Source: Rhizophagus irregularis
Lineage: Eukaryota
Reading direction: 5' to 3'
Assembly: GCF_026210795.1 (NCBI RefSeq)
Contig: NC_089430.1
Location: 992,001 to 1,056,000 of the forward strand
DNA: 64,000 nucleotides
Made by a program: the position numbers and the translations under genes. Numbering within the stretch: position 1 is the stretch's first letter; the number at the start of each line of letters is the position of its first letter. Below, in pieces: positions 34,421 through 48,264 of this stretch. The notes beneath the pieces were generated by a model. That model made no database searches and was not told where the DNA came from. It saw only the letters and a list, made by a program, of their open reading frames with translations.

Positions 34421-35605
34421 TAAAGCTCTGAACGGTTCTGGTTTGAACCGGGAACCGATCCGGAACCGGCAAAAAATTCAGTTCGGTTCTCGGTTCGGTT
34501 TTGGACTTGGAACTGTCCGGTTCAGTTCAGTTCTATCCGAAATTAAGAAAAAATGCGAAAAAACGAATATGCGACTATCCAGTGATCGTACAAGGACGAG
34601 CCATAGCTCGTTGGAATCCTCTCATCAAGACGCGTCGAATAATGGTAAAATCAAGTCTCTAGCATCGATAGATCACGAGATAGCATATGATGAGTGTTTC
34701 TTAAAAAATTTGCATTAGAAAACGATCCATTGATGCTAGAGACATGAATATACCACCATTCGACGCATCTCGACGAGACGAATCTAATGAGCTATAATTC
34801 GTCTTTTTACAATCACTGGATGGTCGTGTATTCGTTTTTTCGCATTTTTTTTTAAATTTTCGAACGTCAAAAATTAAAATTCCGATACAAGCGATTAAAC
34901 GCTATCTATTGATCACACAAAGACGAATTTTAGCTCATTGGATTCGTCTCACTGAGACGAGTCGAATGGTGGTAAAATGATGTCACTAGCATCGATAGAT
35001 CGTTTTCTAATGCGAATTGTTTAAGAAACACTCATTATGGGCTATCTTACGATCTATCGATGCTAGAGACTTGTCTTACCACCATTCGACTCGTCTCAGT
35101 GAGACGAATCCAATGAGCTAAAATTCGTCTTTGTGTGATCAATATATAGCGTTTAATCGCTTGTATTGGAATTTTAATTTTTGACGTTCGAAAATTTAAA
35201 AAAAATGCGAAAAAACGAATACACGACCATCCAGTGATTGTAAAAAGATGAATTATAGCTCATTAGATTCGACTCGTTGAGATGCATCGAATGGTGGTAA
35301 ATTCATGTCTCTAGCATCAATGGATCGTTTTGTAATACAAATTTTTTAAGAAACACTCACCATGTTCTATCTCGTGAACTATCGATGGTAGAGACTTGGT
35401 TTTACCACCATTCGACGCGTCTCGATGAGAGGATTCCAACGAGCTATGGCTCGTCACTGGATGGTCGTATATTCATTTTTTCGCATTTTTATTAATTTTG
35501 GATAGAACCGAACTGAACCGGACGGTTCCGGTTCGGTTCCATTTCGGTTTTCGTTCTACCCGAACCGCAAAAAAACCGAACCGACCCGACCCATTCAGAG
35601 CTTTA
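34421..35605. mobile_element. Non-autonomous hAT element, largely palindromic
   Basis: TIR TAAAGCTCTGAA...TTCAGAGCTTTA, 8-bp TSD GTCTTTAT, GAACCG/CGGTTC subterminal motifs and internal inverted modules. Confidence 0.9.
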
Positions 35606-37671
35606 GTCTTTATTAGTTATGTAAAACTGTTGCTAGAACCTTCGAGTAAAAATGGCTTCATACAGTATGACGAAATTCTTACATCTTTACTTCTACCTAA
35701 TTTATGTGCATAATATATACGAAGTGCCTTTCAGCTAAACCGTGTGATACGGACTCATAAAAAAGAAGCAGCCAGAAAAAAGGTTGGGCAAGAATTTTCC
35801 CGATATTGCCTGCGCATCTTCAGGTGATCGATTCCGCATGATGAAGTTTCTTTCGCATAAATTACCACGTCATTCAGAAAAAAAGATACGATGATCCAGT
35901 ATATGAGTGCGATCCACCAGATAATTCACCGACAGTTACTGGGAGATAATAGGACTCATCTTTGGTGAAACTTTCTTTTCATATCTTCTGTCACGATAAT
36001 AATAACCTCTATTATACCTATTATATCTATTGTATCTATTATACTCATAATGGATCACAGTCTAGTAGTTTGACTATTTTTTCTGTAACTTTCTTTCACT
36101 ATATGTGGAATATGCATTTCTTCCGTAATCTCCAAGCGACACTTTATTCCCTTTAGAGTTCACTAAAAAACTAAAACAATACTCTCAGTAGATTATATGT
36201 TCTCGAAATTGGTTGTCTTTAACTGTTCACAAAAATGGAAAGAGAAGAGTTCCCAGTTCCCACTAATGTTAAAACATTTATTACTAGAAAACGGAAACAG
36301 CAAAGCGAAAAAGATTTTTTTCATAAATCTTGTTCGTATGTTGTTATATGATCTATGTGTCTAAAATATTTATTTAGTATATTACAGGGGTATAATTATA
36401 GTAGTATTACATATAATCGTGATACTGTAATACACAATTAGTATAAAAAAAAAATAAACTCGATTGTGACAGGGTTAAAACAAATGCTAGTTCAGTACGG
36501 TAAATATTCCTTTGGGACGAAACAATTCAGGCATGGAATTTCTATAACTAGTGTTACATGAGATAATCGACACAGTTGGCACATGTCAAATTGACTTTCT
36601 TGATCGTTCCATTCCTGTTATGTGAAGAAATAATAAACCTATTAATGTAATGTTGCTCTATAATAAAATAGAGATAAGCAAAAGTTGTGTAGTTATTTTT
36701 GTTACGTGTGTGTCTTAAAAAATCCTCTAGTACTATAGTATACTTTTTTCGGAGCAGAAAGCTTTAACTGGAACATTTGACACTATGTTAATAACAGAGT
36801 GGAATCGAACGGGAAGATAGTCAAAACTATTAAGAATCTAATGACATTCACTATCTACTAATACCTACTGTTTGTTTTTTATCTGTTGTTCATTATTGTA
36901 ACAAGATAAACATCTGTCGTTACAAACTATAGACATCTACCGACTTTATCGTTACCAAAAACATGGAGGCTTTATTATCATCATACATATTCGTATTATA
37001 ATGGAATTAATATGTCATCAACACAAATCATTACGATATTGAGCATTATTTTATAGGCGAAGCCAGTTTCGATATCACTATGGGACATGTTTACGGTCTT
37101 ACATTGTAACGATGGAATGGGTGAAACTAGTTAAAGCTACAGTTGTTATATTTATTGATCTCATTACGTGCAGGAATCGCAAACATATGATTGGTTCTAG
37201 AAACTTTAGTAGAGAATATATCTGGAGGGTATCCTTTGAGATGTATACGAAAAATCCTTGGTCTATGAAATGGTAGCACTCTCCCGCAGTTACTCAAACC
37301 TGTTACCATTGGTAACAAGTTTTCCATGTAGACAGTGCCCTCTGAGCACCCTGCAGCACAGCTGTCTACGTTCTTCTTTCGCATGAGCGTCTTGCCCTAT
37401 GAACTAACCGTCTTGTTCTAGATTCCATCTACCCTTTGGGTACAAAGTAGAACTGGAGTAACTAGGACTTTATCCTAGAAGGATATACCCATTAATTGGT
37501 TTTTGATAACTATTATTTATACGTTATGATTAACACAGGTCGAATGAAAAAAAATCGGATTTTGACCCTTTTAAAATAGTTTTGCCGATATTAGCATATA
37601 CATGCCGATTTTTCGCGTATTTATGTATAGATTTGCCCATTTATGCCAATTTTTAATAAAATCTGATACAT

Positions 37672-38375
37672 CAGTCGGAAATACCAATTTTTAATGGCCG
37701 ATCTTTGTTAATATTAAATTCGGATGTTGTTATTATTATATAGTATTGTCCGCTTTTCATATCGGAGGTTTGATGTACAAATCGGAATTTGCTCCTTTAA
37801 ATATAGCCATGCCAATTTCAGTATAGCTTTCGATGAAATCCGATAATTCAGTCGGAAATACCAATTTTTAATGACCGATCTTTGTTAAATAAAACCGATA
37901 TTAAATTCAGATGTTGTTATTATTATATAGTATTGTTCGCTTTTCATATCGCAGGTCTGATGTACAAATCGGAATTCGCTCCTTTAAATATAGCCATGCC
38001 AATTTCAGTATAGCTTTCGATGAAATCCGATAATTCAGTCGGAAATACCAATTTTTAATGACCGATCTTTGTTAAATAAAACCGATATTAAATTCGGATG
38101 TTGTTATTATTATATAGTATTGTTCGCTTTTCATATCGCAGGTCTGATGTACAAATCGGAATTCGCTCCTTTAAATATAGCCATGCCAATTTCAGTATAG
38201 CTTTCAATGAAATCCGATAATTCAGTCGGAAATACCAATTTTTAATGACCAATCTTTGTTAAATAAAACCGATATTAAATTCGGATGTTGTTATTATTAT
38301 ATAGTATTGTTCGCTTTTCATATCGCAGGTCTGATGTACAAATCGGAATTCGCTCCTTTAAATATAGCCATGCCG
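37672..38375. repeat. ~3.8 x 187-bp tandem repeat (left subterminal)
   Basis: CAGTCGGAAATACC at 37672, 37849, 38036 and 38223. Confidence 0.92.
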
Positions 38376-38792
38376 ATTACAGCATATCTTTGCCGATTTA
38401 AAGTATAATACTGTCGCGGTAATACTGCAGACTTAATAATTTTAATATATATATATATATACACTAATGTACCGACTTCATAACAATGAAAATTCGGATA
38501 GAGAAGAAAAAAAGGAAGCATTGGAAAATAAGTGAATTAAACCTTCACGATATACTTAAAGATAATAAACTTAGGACCTTAGGTGGAAAATTAGTTAAGT
38601 GCTTCTTAACTTAACAAATGGAAATATACTTATACCATATAAGAAAAAGAGAACATAATTATTTAAAAAAAAAATTATTTTAATTTTTTTTATTATTATT
38701 ATTATTATTATCAGGTAAGTTGGAGCGCGAACGTAATAAGTTTCTCGGATTTTTTAGAGTTTGATTTTCCGCTGAAATTAACAAAAGATATG

Positions 38793-39501
38793 TTAATGAA
38801 ATAATATGAAATAATAGGACAAAGATATTTTTAAGTAATAAGGAAGATACTTACATCGTAATTTGCGTATTTGCCGGTGAAGAGTAGAAATTGATTCTAC
38901 TTCATGGTTCTCCAGCTCCTCAACCCTATCTTCTGCGTCCCAGAGTGCATTAATAGTCCTTTGGTAAGCATTTTGGAGCTCTTGTAGTGCATTAGTAGTC
39001 CTACGATGAGCATTTTGGAGCTCTTGTATCTTGGTTTGCGAAGCATCTAATGCTTTTTTCATTGCTTTTAACTCCGCAAGGCATGTTCCCAGGCCTCTGT
39101 TATAACAATCGACATTCACTGAGCAATAAAAAAAAATACATATATATAAAAATAATGGGTGGTTAGCAAAAGCTAAGTGAATAAGTCGATAGTCCTTGGA
39201 AGCATTCTTCAGGATTGTTCCATTTAAGAACCGAGACTGCCCTGGAGGTACAAGACCTCGTCTTCAGGTGACCCATCTAAGAACCGGACAGCTCTGGGAG
39301 TATAAAACTCCGTCTACAGGCGACTCCATTAGAGAAATACAACCATGAACCTTGCGTACGATACCCACTTTTCAAAAATTTTACGGTCGTCATACGCTTC
39401 GCTTTGAGCGTCTTAAAACGCTTCTTAGATTTTTTCTGCGAGGTTGTGGAATGGCGAGAACCCATAATGGCGTTAATAAAATATAATTGATGAAAAGACA
39501 A
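38793..39501 (-). CDS. Putative spliced gene: basic N-terminus plus coiled coil
   Basis: ORF pieces MGSRHSTTSQKKSKKRFK... and ...LAELKAMKKALDASQTKIQELQNA... with plausible splice sites. Exact structure uncertain. Confidence 0.4.
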
Positions 39502-39736
39502 AAATTATTGAGCGAAAGTAAAGGGCATGGAATGATGAAAGGTAGACTTTATATAATAAAAATACGCGTCCTGAAAAACACGAACAAGCTGATGAAAATA
39601 CACGTGAATTTTAGAATAATTATTTTTAGAATAAGGAGAATAGCAACTTTAAATTAGTAATATATTATTTTGAGATTTGAGCCGATTTTTAATAACGTTA
39701 TTCAAATTTATAGAAAATTCATTTTATTAAAATGTT

Positions 39737-39945
39737 ATTTTTTTATTTAAAGGAATAACTGCCATATAAATTTTTTATCTTTCTCACTTCAACATTAAAT
39801 TACATGTAATAATACATTATATATTGGTATTATACTATCTCTATCCATAATTCTATATTACATGATTTTATGTCGTTATATACTTGACAATAAAATCTTA
39901 TCTTGAAAATCATGAATCGGTTTATACCATTTAACTAGTGCAAGT
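39737..39945 (-). pseudogene. Degenerate remnant of a second CACTA transposase 3' end
   Basis: Nucleotide similarity to 42870-43110 (e.g. CCATAATTCTATATTACATGATTTTATGTC; TACCATTTAACTAGTGC). Confidence 0.7.
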
Positions 39946-40607
39946 AATTATTTAAATAGACCTGTCCCTTAAGGTCTATAGGTCCGGAATGTCTAAAAAT
40001 TTGCAAATCACATGAATTTTCACTCTGGACCCACAATGGTTAGTATTTACGAGTGATAGTTTAGCCGTTTCCAAACTGATACATACGCCCAATTGCAACA
40101 ATCATGATTAAAAAAATACTTTTGTCAATTGATTGGTTACTATAAAATCGCCTTATATTGTTCGACATTCCAATTGTCGAAAACGGCAATAATCGTAGTA
40201 TAATTATTTGTTAATATTTCACGTGAACAAACAAATCAATAATTATTTATATAAAACTTTCTCCATCCCTTTATCGAATTTTAGAACGATGGTTGATTGA
40301 TTATTTTGCTAAGTAAATTTTATTTTGCGATTTTTAATAGTGATATATACATGATAATTAATTAAGTGATATCGATGGTATCAATTTTTAGTTTAATTTT
40401 AATAGTGATATACACATGATAATTAATTTAGTGATATCGATGATATTAATTTAATTAAGTGATATCGATGATATTAATTTTTAATTAAGAGATAACGATT
40501 ATGATATTATTTTAATGATGTAAGTAATAGTTAAATAGGTGATTTTTCACCTTTCTTTTCGTTTCAATCTTGTTTCTTTACATTATTAAAATAAAAAAAA
40601 AAATAAA

Positions 40608-42642
40608 TTGACGCTTATTCCTATTTCACGTAGCGAATCACATCCTCGTTCTCCTTCTCAGGGTCGCTCTCAGCAATATCATCAATCTCCTTCCTCTCAC
40701 TCCCATCGATGTCGACGTCGACATCATTCTCGTTCTCTCTCCCCTCTCCCTCCTCTCACTCTCGTCGACGTCGACGTCGACATCATTCTCGTTCTCGACA
40801 CCATTATGATTCTCTCTCCTCCTCCTCCCTCCTCCTCCTCACTCGTCGACGTCGACGTCGACATCATTCTCGTTCTCGACACCATTATCATTCTCTCTCC
40901 TCCTTTCTATCCTCTCACTCTCGTCAACGTCGACATCATTATCATTCTCGTTCTTCCAATTCTCATTCTCAACAATCCTCTCTCCCCTCTAGGGGGAGAT
41001 CGTTAACAAAAAGTATTATTATTTATATTTTTATTGAAATTATATTTAATATGACCTGTACTAATTACTTGTAAAATAATAGGAAATTTGCCGGATTTAT
41101 CGGAAGGTGGTTATATATATATATATTATTATCAAATCAATTAAAAATATAATAAATTTATAATATTTTATTAACTTCTGATAGGTGGACAACAGCAACA
41201 TCATCAAGAAGAGCAATCTTCGCAATCTTTAGGTGAGGACCCATTCATATCATCGCTTCATCAACTTCGCGCTTCTTTGCATAACTGTTTTTCCTATTAT
41301 AAAATTATTAAATCAAGAAATTCAAGAACTAAAAAGCGCGGTATCACAATTGTCTAGTCGACTGGAGGCTTTGACAGGCAGTAACTCCAGCCATTCCAGT
41401 GATAAGACGATCGCGAGTATAACAACAAGTGTTAATCGAAGTCTATCACCCGTAATAAGCAGAAATAAAGGAAAAAAACTATCACCAATGACTCCAGGCT
41501 TTAAAAAAACACTTCGTGTAAGTTACACCTCTATTATAAAATATTTATCTTTTATAATCTTTAATCATATTCATTATTATTTTAAATAGGATGAAGTTGT
41601 TCAAATCATTAATAATTTAGGTTCCAGAATTTCATTTGATGTTTCACAAACGTTTAGTGACCAGAAGAAATCAATAAACAAAAAACTTTTACCAGCGGTA
41701 AAAGCGGCAATGAATCCATCGATTGAAGTATACGATACCGAGATTGTTAATGTAATCAAACAGCTTCATAAGTCTCGCCGAGATATCTGGAAAATAACCC
41801 AGGATGGCAAATTAGATACGCACAGTAGACGTCAACATATGACTTCTCGGCGAGACCAAGTACGAAATTTAATAAAATGCAAAATTTGTCAATTATTTCT
41901 AATTGTCTATGCAATCAATTAACATTATTAATTAACTATTAATTAACTTTTTAACAGAAAATGACGCGACGTAAACGCGGTTTACAACACATGATTAACA
42001 CAAAAGACAAGGTTTTAAATGACTGCAAACCTCAAGAAATTACCTGGGACGAGTACATGAAAGATTGTGAAAAAATTGTAGTGATCTCGGAACTTCATTC
42101 CGATGAGTGGTCATCGGAAGATGAAAATCTTGCCAACAATGAAAAAAATCTAGAGAAAAGACCAGAACGTTTAGATAAATCGAATTCTGTAATCAAAATA
42201 CATGAAAAAAAATGGAAATCTACGAGAGTATGTAAAGTTATTTCTTTATCAATATAACATTTATAAATAATATTTTTTTTTAATTAGATTAGGAGAATTC
42301 TAAGTAGGGCGGATGAAATCGGGGAGAGTATTGGAACTGGTCTAATCCGTATGCGTCATCGTTTAGATAATGTCATCGATAATAAAAGTAGACCGACAGA
42401 AAAAATGCCAGACTGGTGGATTTCTTCCACCTGGGCGCCAGTTAGCGAAGACAGCGAAGACAGCGAAGACAGCAATGAAAGTCATAATGAAGGTGGCGAT
42501 AATAATGATGACAATAATAATAATGATGACAATAATAATAATGATGACAATAATAATAATGATGACAATAATGATGATGACAATAATGATGAGAATGACA
42601 ATAATAACAATAGTGCCAATAATAATAACAACGAATTCGATG

Positions 42643-42674
<32 letters not shown>

Positions 42675-42698
42675 AATAACCCTTTAGTAGTTTTATAA
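40608..42698 (+). CDS. Multi-exon CACTA accessory gene A (Arg/Ser/His-rich N-terminus, conserved core, Asn/Asp tail); frameshift near 40740
   Basis: Exons joined by GT-AG introns. Core MNPSI..YD.EIV..IKQLHKSRR, HSDEWS.EDE, PxWWISS.W is paralogous to gene B. Confidence 0.65.
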
Positions 42699-42861
42699 AT
42701 ATAATATATGTAACAATAATATAATAATAATATAATAAAAATATGATATATCCTTTAATAAAAAAAATTAGTTATAATTTAATCAAATACAAATGTTATA
42801 TAATTCAAATTCGTCATTCCGATTTACATATAAACAATTTTATATAAGATTCATTTGTTTT

Positions 42862-45800
42862 TTAAAACGAAATTTTTTTATTTAAAGGAATCACGGCCAT
42901 ATATTCTTTTATCTTTCTCGTTCCAATATTAAAATCACATTTTATAAATTTTCCTAATATATGATGTACCGGTATAATACTATCTCGACTCATATCATAA
43001 AACCCATTTGTCCATAATTCTATATTACATGATTTTATGTCATCGTCTACTTGACAAAAATATCTTGTCCTATGATCTTGGACCGGCCTGTACCATTTAA
43101 CTAGTGCTAGCGAATGAGTTGATGATGAATTTTTTAAATAAATAGTATGTTCAAAATAAAATTGAACTTGACCGGGGTATGTGTCTATAGTTCCATCTTC
43201 CTGCTCAAAACGAGCTAATATGTATGATGATTTCTCATGACGAGCTGCCTGAATGGAACCAAATATATCCGCCCCAATTCTTATTCTACCGTATTGTATA
43301 ATTTTGGAAATTACAACAATATCGTTATTTGGACATGTTATAGAATAAATGGGGACGAAATGTTCTTCATACAAACTATTATAAAACTCAACCAGTAAGT
43401 CCAAGACGCGGTTTGGGAGACATGTTTCTTGGCGCGGTTTCATTAACAACCCGGGAAAACGTTCTGTTCCATAAGCCGATTCATTTTCGATAAGTGAAAG
43501 CCTCAGAAAATTTTGATACTCATCACTTGTAAAATCGTCAAGTGCAGCCAAGCTTCCTGCAGATTTTCTAGGCTTTATAATGTCCAAAGTGGTGTTTAAT
43601 ATATTGCTATCGCAATTTGTGAGGTAATAGTTTAAAAAGGAACTTTCAACCATTATTTTTAATAGCTCTGGTTCAATGTTACGTTTGCTATTTTTATACG
43701 ATCCTATTTTCTTAAGAAATAAATTGGTCAATCTGTATAAATTAAAAAAAACAATCTGATTTTCAAATCGGCGAAATTAATATATCATACCTAGAATTCC
43801 GTTCATTCGTTCGAAGCTAAAACACCAAAATGAGGATAAAGGTCCATAATCTAAAGCGCATTCACATATGTGAAGGCATAAATGAAGATTTGGGCTTATT
43901 TTTTTTTTGTCCGTATTTTTTTTCAATTAATTTATTCATTTCGAGTAGTTTTGTAAATGCTTCGTTTAGATCACTTTTTTGTAGTTCCCGATTTGTTAAA
44001 ATTTTACAGGAACGTACGAAATAAGCAAGAATTTTTCGATCGATCTCTCCCAAGAGATTCCATGTGATAGGTATTGCAAAAATTAGAACAAACGTTTTCC
44101 ACATATCCGCCGTAAAATTTGAAAAGCCGTCGCCAGTGGCTATTCTAACGGGACGGCGACCGAGGTCACTTGGAAATTTTATCAAGTCGGCTCGCTCTTG
44201 CATTATTTTGAGCTTTTCATTATTTAATATACCTTCGTCGATCCAGAGCTTCATTACAATCCACTTTGCTACCCCGAGAAAGAGGCAGTGCATGGGATCA
44301 ACTACGCAAAAGCGCACAGAATTAAAATAAGGTAATTGGTATACTTCCGACCAACGAACATGATACTGTGAGACATGAGCCTTACGCGATTCTTCGGTTG
44401 CACATTTCTTCCATTCACGTGCCTTCTCCCTTATTAAATTAATATCTCTCTCAACAAACCAGTCGTCAATGTCTTCAAACCCACCAAAATTGGGTTGATT
44501 ATTTATCAAGTTTGCTGATTTATAGCATCGATAACATGCGATTCGAGCTGATATAAAACCACATAATTTTCGAGTCGCAGGAACGTCACTAGCACAACCT
44601 ATTATCGCGCCACGGATAAAACGACCGTTGTTATATTCGTAGGTTTTTATATGATACCCTTCCCATAACCGATTCAGCTGATTTATGATGGGGTATAAGT
44701 AATTGTTGATTTCATGTTTCTTTGGCTCTTTAGGACCGGGTATAACTGCTAGTGTGAGAATATTGTAGGGCTTGAAACGTTCGCTTCGGGGTAAGTTACA
44801 AATAATGGCATATATTACACCAACAGAATATTGGGAATTTATATAGGGTTGAAACCAATCTATGTTTAGCATTAATCCGATATGAGTTTCGGCGTATTCT
44901 TTTTTGAAGAATGGTTCTCCTTTGCCATCTTCAAAACTCATCCAAATCCTCCCATCATAGATGTCAAATAAGGCTTCAGTTTCGTTTTCCCTTTCTGCCC
45001 ACTTTCGACATGTCACTTCAAAATCTTTGCGACCGAAAAATAGGGTTAGTTGGCGCCTAATGTTAACTAATGGAAATGTCATTATCGGACGGATAATTGG
45101 ATTATTTCCACCATCTTTATTACTATCTATTTTTTTGACTAGAGGGTTATTACATTTTTGTCGAAATCTTTCTATGCTATGATTCGGGTAGTTTATAAAA
45201 CTACATGTTGGTACTTCGGTTGTGTTTGATATTTCATTTATGTCATACAATTTGTGACATTTATTACATGCGGCATATTTGATAATATTCATTGATATTC
45301 CCAATATTTTTTTGGCTACGTACAGGGAGGAAGGAAAAGATGAAAATTTATTTTCATCTACCGTTAAAAGAAAAAACCTTAGAAATTTAAATAAAGAATC
45401 TATTGAAACATTAGGAAGCTTATATCTTTGTTGATATTGTAATATCCATAAGATAATCCAGGTATAATTATCATTGTTGATATTAGGAAGTTTTGGTTCA
45501 CCATCATCAAAATCTTTTGACGCAAAATTGACTTCTTCCTCATAATCATCTTCAAAATCTTCAGAGTCTCTATAATCTTCATCGCTTTCAAAATCTCCAA
45601 AATTACTGTCTTCGTCATCATCTTCAAAATCGCTAGAAACACCATTTTCGTCATCATCTTCAAAACTTTCAGAATCTCTATTTTCATCGTCATAGTCTTC
45701 AAAATCTCTATCTTGATCATCATTCATATCTCTTCCGTTATCCGATAATAAATTTTCAAGAACGTGATCAGATATTTTCCCTTTCTTTGTGAATTTATGT

Positions 45801-46123
45801 TTTGCCGATTCATGTATAGGTATCATCTCGAGTAAAGGTTCGCATTCCATTGCATTATTATCGTCAGTATATTGTCTAACATCAGAAGGCCCAGCCTCTT
45901 GATAATCATCACCAAAATTATTAGATGGATTAGCATTAGAAGGCTCAGCTTCTTGATAATTGTTACTAAAATTATTATTCGCATAAGATATATTATATTT
46001 TAACCCATGTTTAGTTTTCGTTCTTGGGTCCACTAACTTGCCATTACATTCTTTACAAAAGCAGTATACTTTAGTTCTTGTTCTTGTTCTATTAGATTTG
46101 GCAACAGCTCGAGGGTTAGACAT
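42862..46123 (-). CDS. CACTA (Tnp2/Transposase_21-like) transposase; intron 43704-43790, +1 frameshift in T10 run at 43899-43908
   Basis: DIYDGRIW, LNIDWFQP, NLPRSERFK, IPGPKEP, SDVPATRK, VDPMHCLFLG. After frame correction: PNLHLCLH...DYGPLSSFWCFSFERMNGILG. Confidence 0.9.
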
Positions 46124-46562
46124 TTTTTTATCTAGAAAATTTTTCGAAAATTTTTTTTTATATAGGAAATTTTTTTGAAAAATTTTTTTATCTAGGAAAT
46201 TTTTTGAGATCCTGAATTAATATATTATTTTCTTTAATCCGCATATATTATTATGTTTCATTAGGAGAATTATTTATATTAAAAGTTAATTTCTGATTCA
46301 CAAAAAGCCGCTAGAACAATCAGCCACATTTTTTTAATTTGTATTAATTATAATATTACAAATATTTACTCAAAATCTTTCGGGATTTTAACCAATTATA
46401 TATATATATGATTGGAAAATACCACCTGACAGGCACTTTTGCGCCTCTCCCACCCCTAAAATATAGCATAATGAATGTTATTAGCCATTTTTAGCAATAA
46501 TACATGCTTTATTCATCGAATTATAAATTCCGAGATTAGCCAGAAAGATTATTTTCGCAAAA

Positions 46563-46955
46563 ATGGGCAAACCATCGTTGAATTCTCGCAAATCCTCGCA
46601 AAATCGCAAAAAAAATAGAAGAGAGCGAATGCTAAAGGAATTAAAGGGGAAGGATGAGGAAGTTGCCGATTTGCAAGTCCAGTTGCTGGACTTTAAAAAA
46701 GTTGTGTACGATTCGGGAGAGAAATTACTTAATAAGTTGGAGAAAAGTTCCCGTGAAAACAATAATTTGGTGGAGTGGTTAAAAATATACGACGAAAAAA
46801 TAAAAGACTATGAAAAAGAAATTTATGATTTAAATTTACGATTATATTTTTCGCAACAACATCAACAAACGCAGCCGCAACAACAATCGCAACAACAATC
46901 GCAATCACCTACATTTAGCAGCTTATCAGAATACTTCAAATTTCACAAGTCATGA
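46563..46955 (+). CDS. Small basic/coiled-coil protein, divergent from transposase
   Basis: 130-aa ORF with K/R-rich N-terminus, heptad pattern and Q-rich tail. Confidence 0.55.
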   Translation: MGKPSLNSRKSSQNRKKNRRERMLKELKGKDEEVADLQVQLLDFKKVVYDSGEKLLNKLEKSSRENNNLVEWLKIYDEKIKDYEKEIYDLNLRLYFSQQHQQTQPQQQSQQQSQSPTFSSLSEYFKFHKS

Positions 46956-47639
46956 TTAATCAATTATATTTCATTTTTTCATTTTTTTGGCTTTTGCGTC
47001 TAGATAAATTTGAAAATTCCTTTATATTTTGTAAATATGATGTTTTTTTTGGCTATTAAACCAGCTTCTTTTTCATAATATAAGATAAGATAATATTAAT
47101 ACCTTTAAAATCGATTTAAAATGTCATAAATTTTGTATAAAATCTAATAGTAATTAATCATCATACTGCATGTAACAAGTATCTCAACGAACGATTTGTC
47201 TATCAGCGCCGAATGATCGTGATAAACTTGCATCTATCATTTTAGTAGTAATACATATGAACTATAATTTAAACAAAAAAGTCAGTCTAGTATGGGGATC
47301 ATCCTCCCTATTGACATGGGGAACATCTCCCTGTAGATCATGTACGCAGGCAGAATGGAACTCAGAACTTTATTACATCAACGATGTTAAAAATTAATTG
47401 ATTGAGTTATTTTTAATCAAAATATCAAAATCACATATAAAAGTATAAAAAGTTATTCTTTTATTGCCCAATAAGTACTAATTTTACTAATTTTCTGCCT
47501 TGGGCGCAGTTTGTTACTACACGTGACTGGATGACACATAAGCGTCACGCGCCAGATGCATAAATCCTACAAAATCGGAGGTGCCGATCATGATATATTT
47601 GTGTATGTTTACCACGCTTTCTTCGACGATATTTATATC

Positions 47640-48000
47640 GCTTTTTTTCGTTCACATCACAGTTCGAAATATTTCCTCTCTCTTTTCGTTCACATTACAG
47701 TTCGAAAATATTTCCTCTCTCTTTTCGTTCACATCACAGTTTCGAAAATATTTTCTATCGCTTTTTGCGTTCACATCACGGTTTCAAAAATATTTCCTAT
47801 TGCTTTTTCGTCACGTATCGCTATTTCGTCGCGTCACAGATTTCCTACCGGAAAAACACAAAAATATTTCCTATTGCTTTTTCGTCACGTATCGCTATAA
47901 ATTTCCTACCAGAAAAACACAAAAATATTTCCTATTGCTTTTTCGTCACGTATCGCTATTTCGTCGCGTCACAGATTTCCTACCGGAAAAACAAACTTCC
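47640..48000. repeat. Imperfect tandem repeats (AAAATATTTCCT...TTTTCGT) upstream of gene B
   Basis: Recurring 34-110-bp units ending at a GTAAGT donor-like site (48001). Confidence 0.75.
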
Positions 48001-48264
48001 GTAAGTAATTAATTTAATTAAGTTTAATGATATTAATTGGTTATTGATATATTTAATTGATGGATAGTGATGTAGTATATATAAATTTATTGATATGTGA
48101 TAACGAAGTTAATAATTTATTTTATGTTTATTTTGATTAGGCAATTACGCGTTAAATGATAGGATGATTCAAAATATGTATATAAAGTGCCTTTTTATCT
48201 CTTGTCCGATCTTTAATAATAAATACCATAATGAAAAGATTTAAATTTTTACAAATTTCTCGGG

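Noticed and set aside
35610..37440. Short ORFs in the inter-element region
   Set aside because: No recognisable motifs or consistent reading frame.
43895..43910. Programmed frameshift in the CACTA transposase
   Set aside because: A single extra base in a 10-nt homopolymer within a conserved domain; mutation or sequencing error is more likely.
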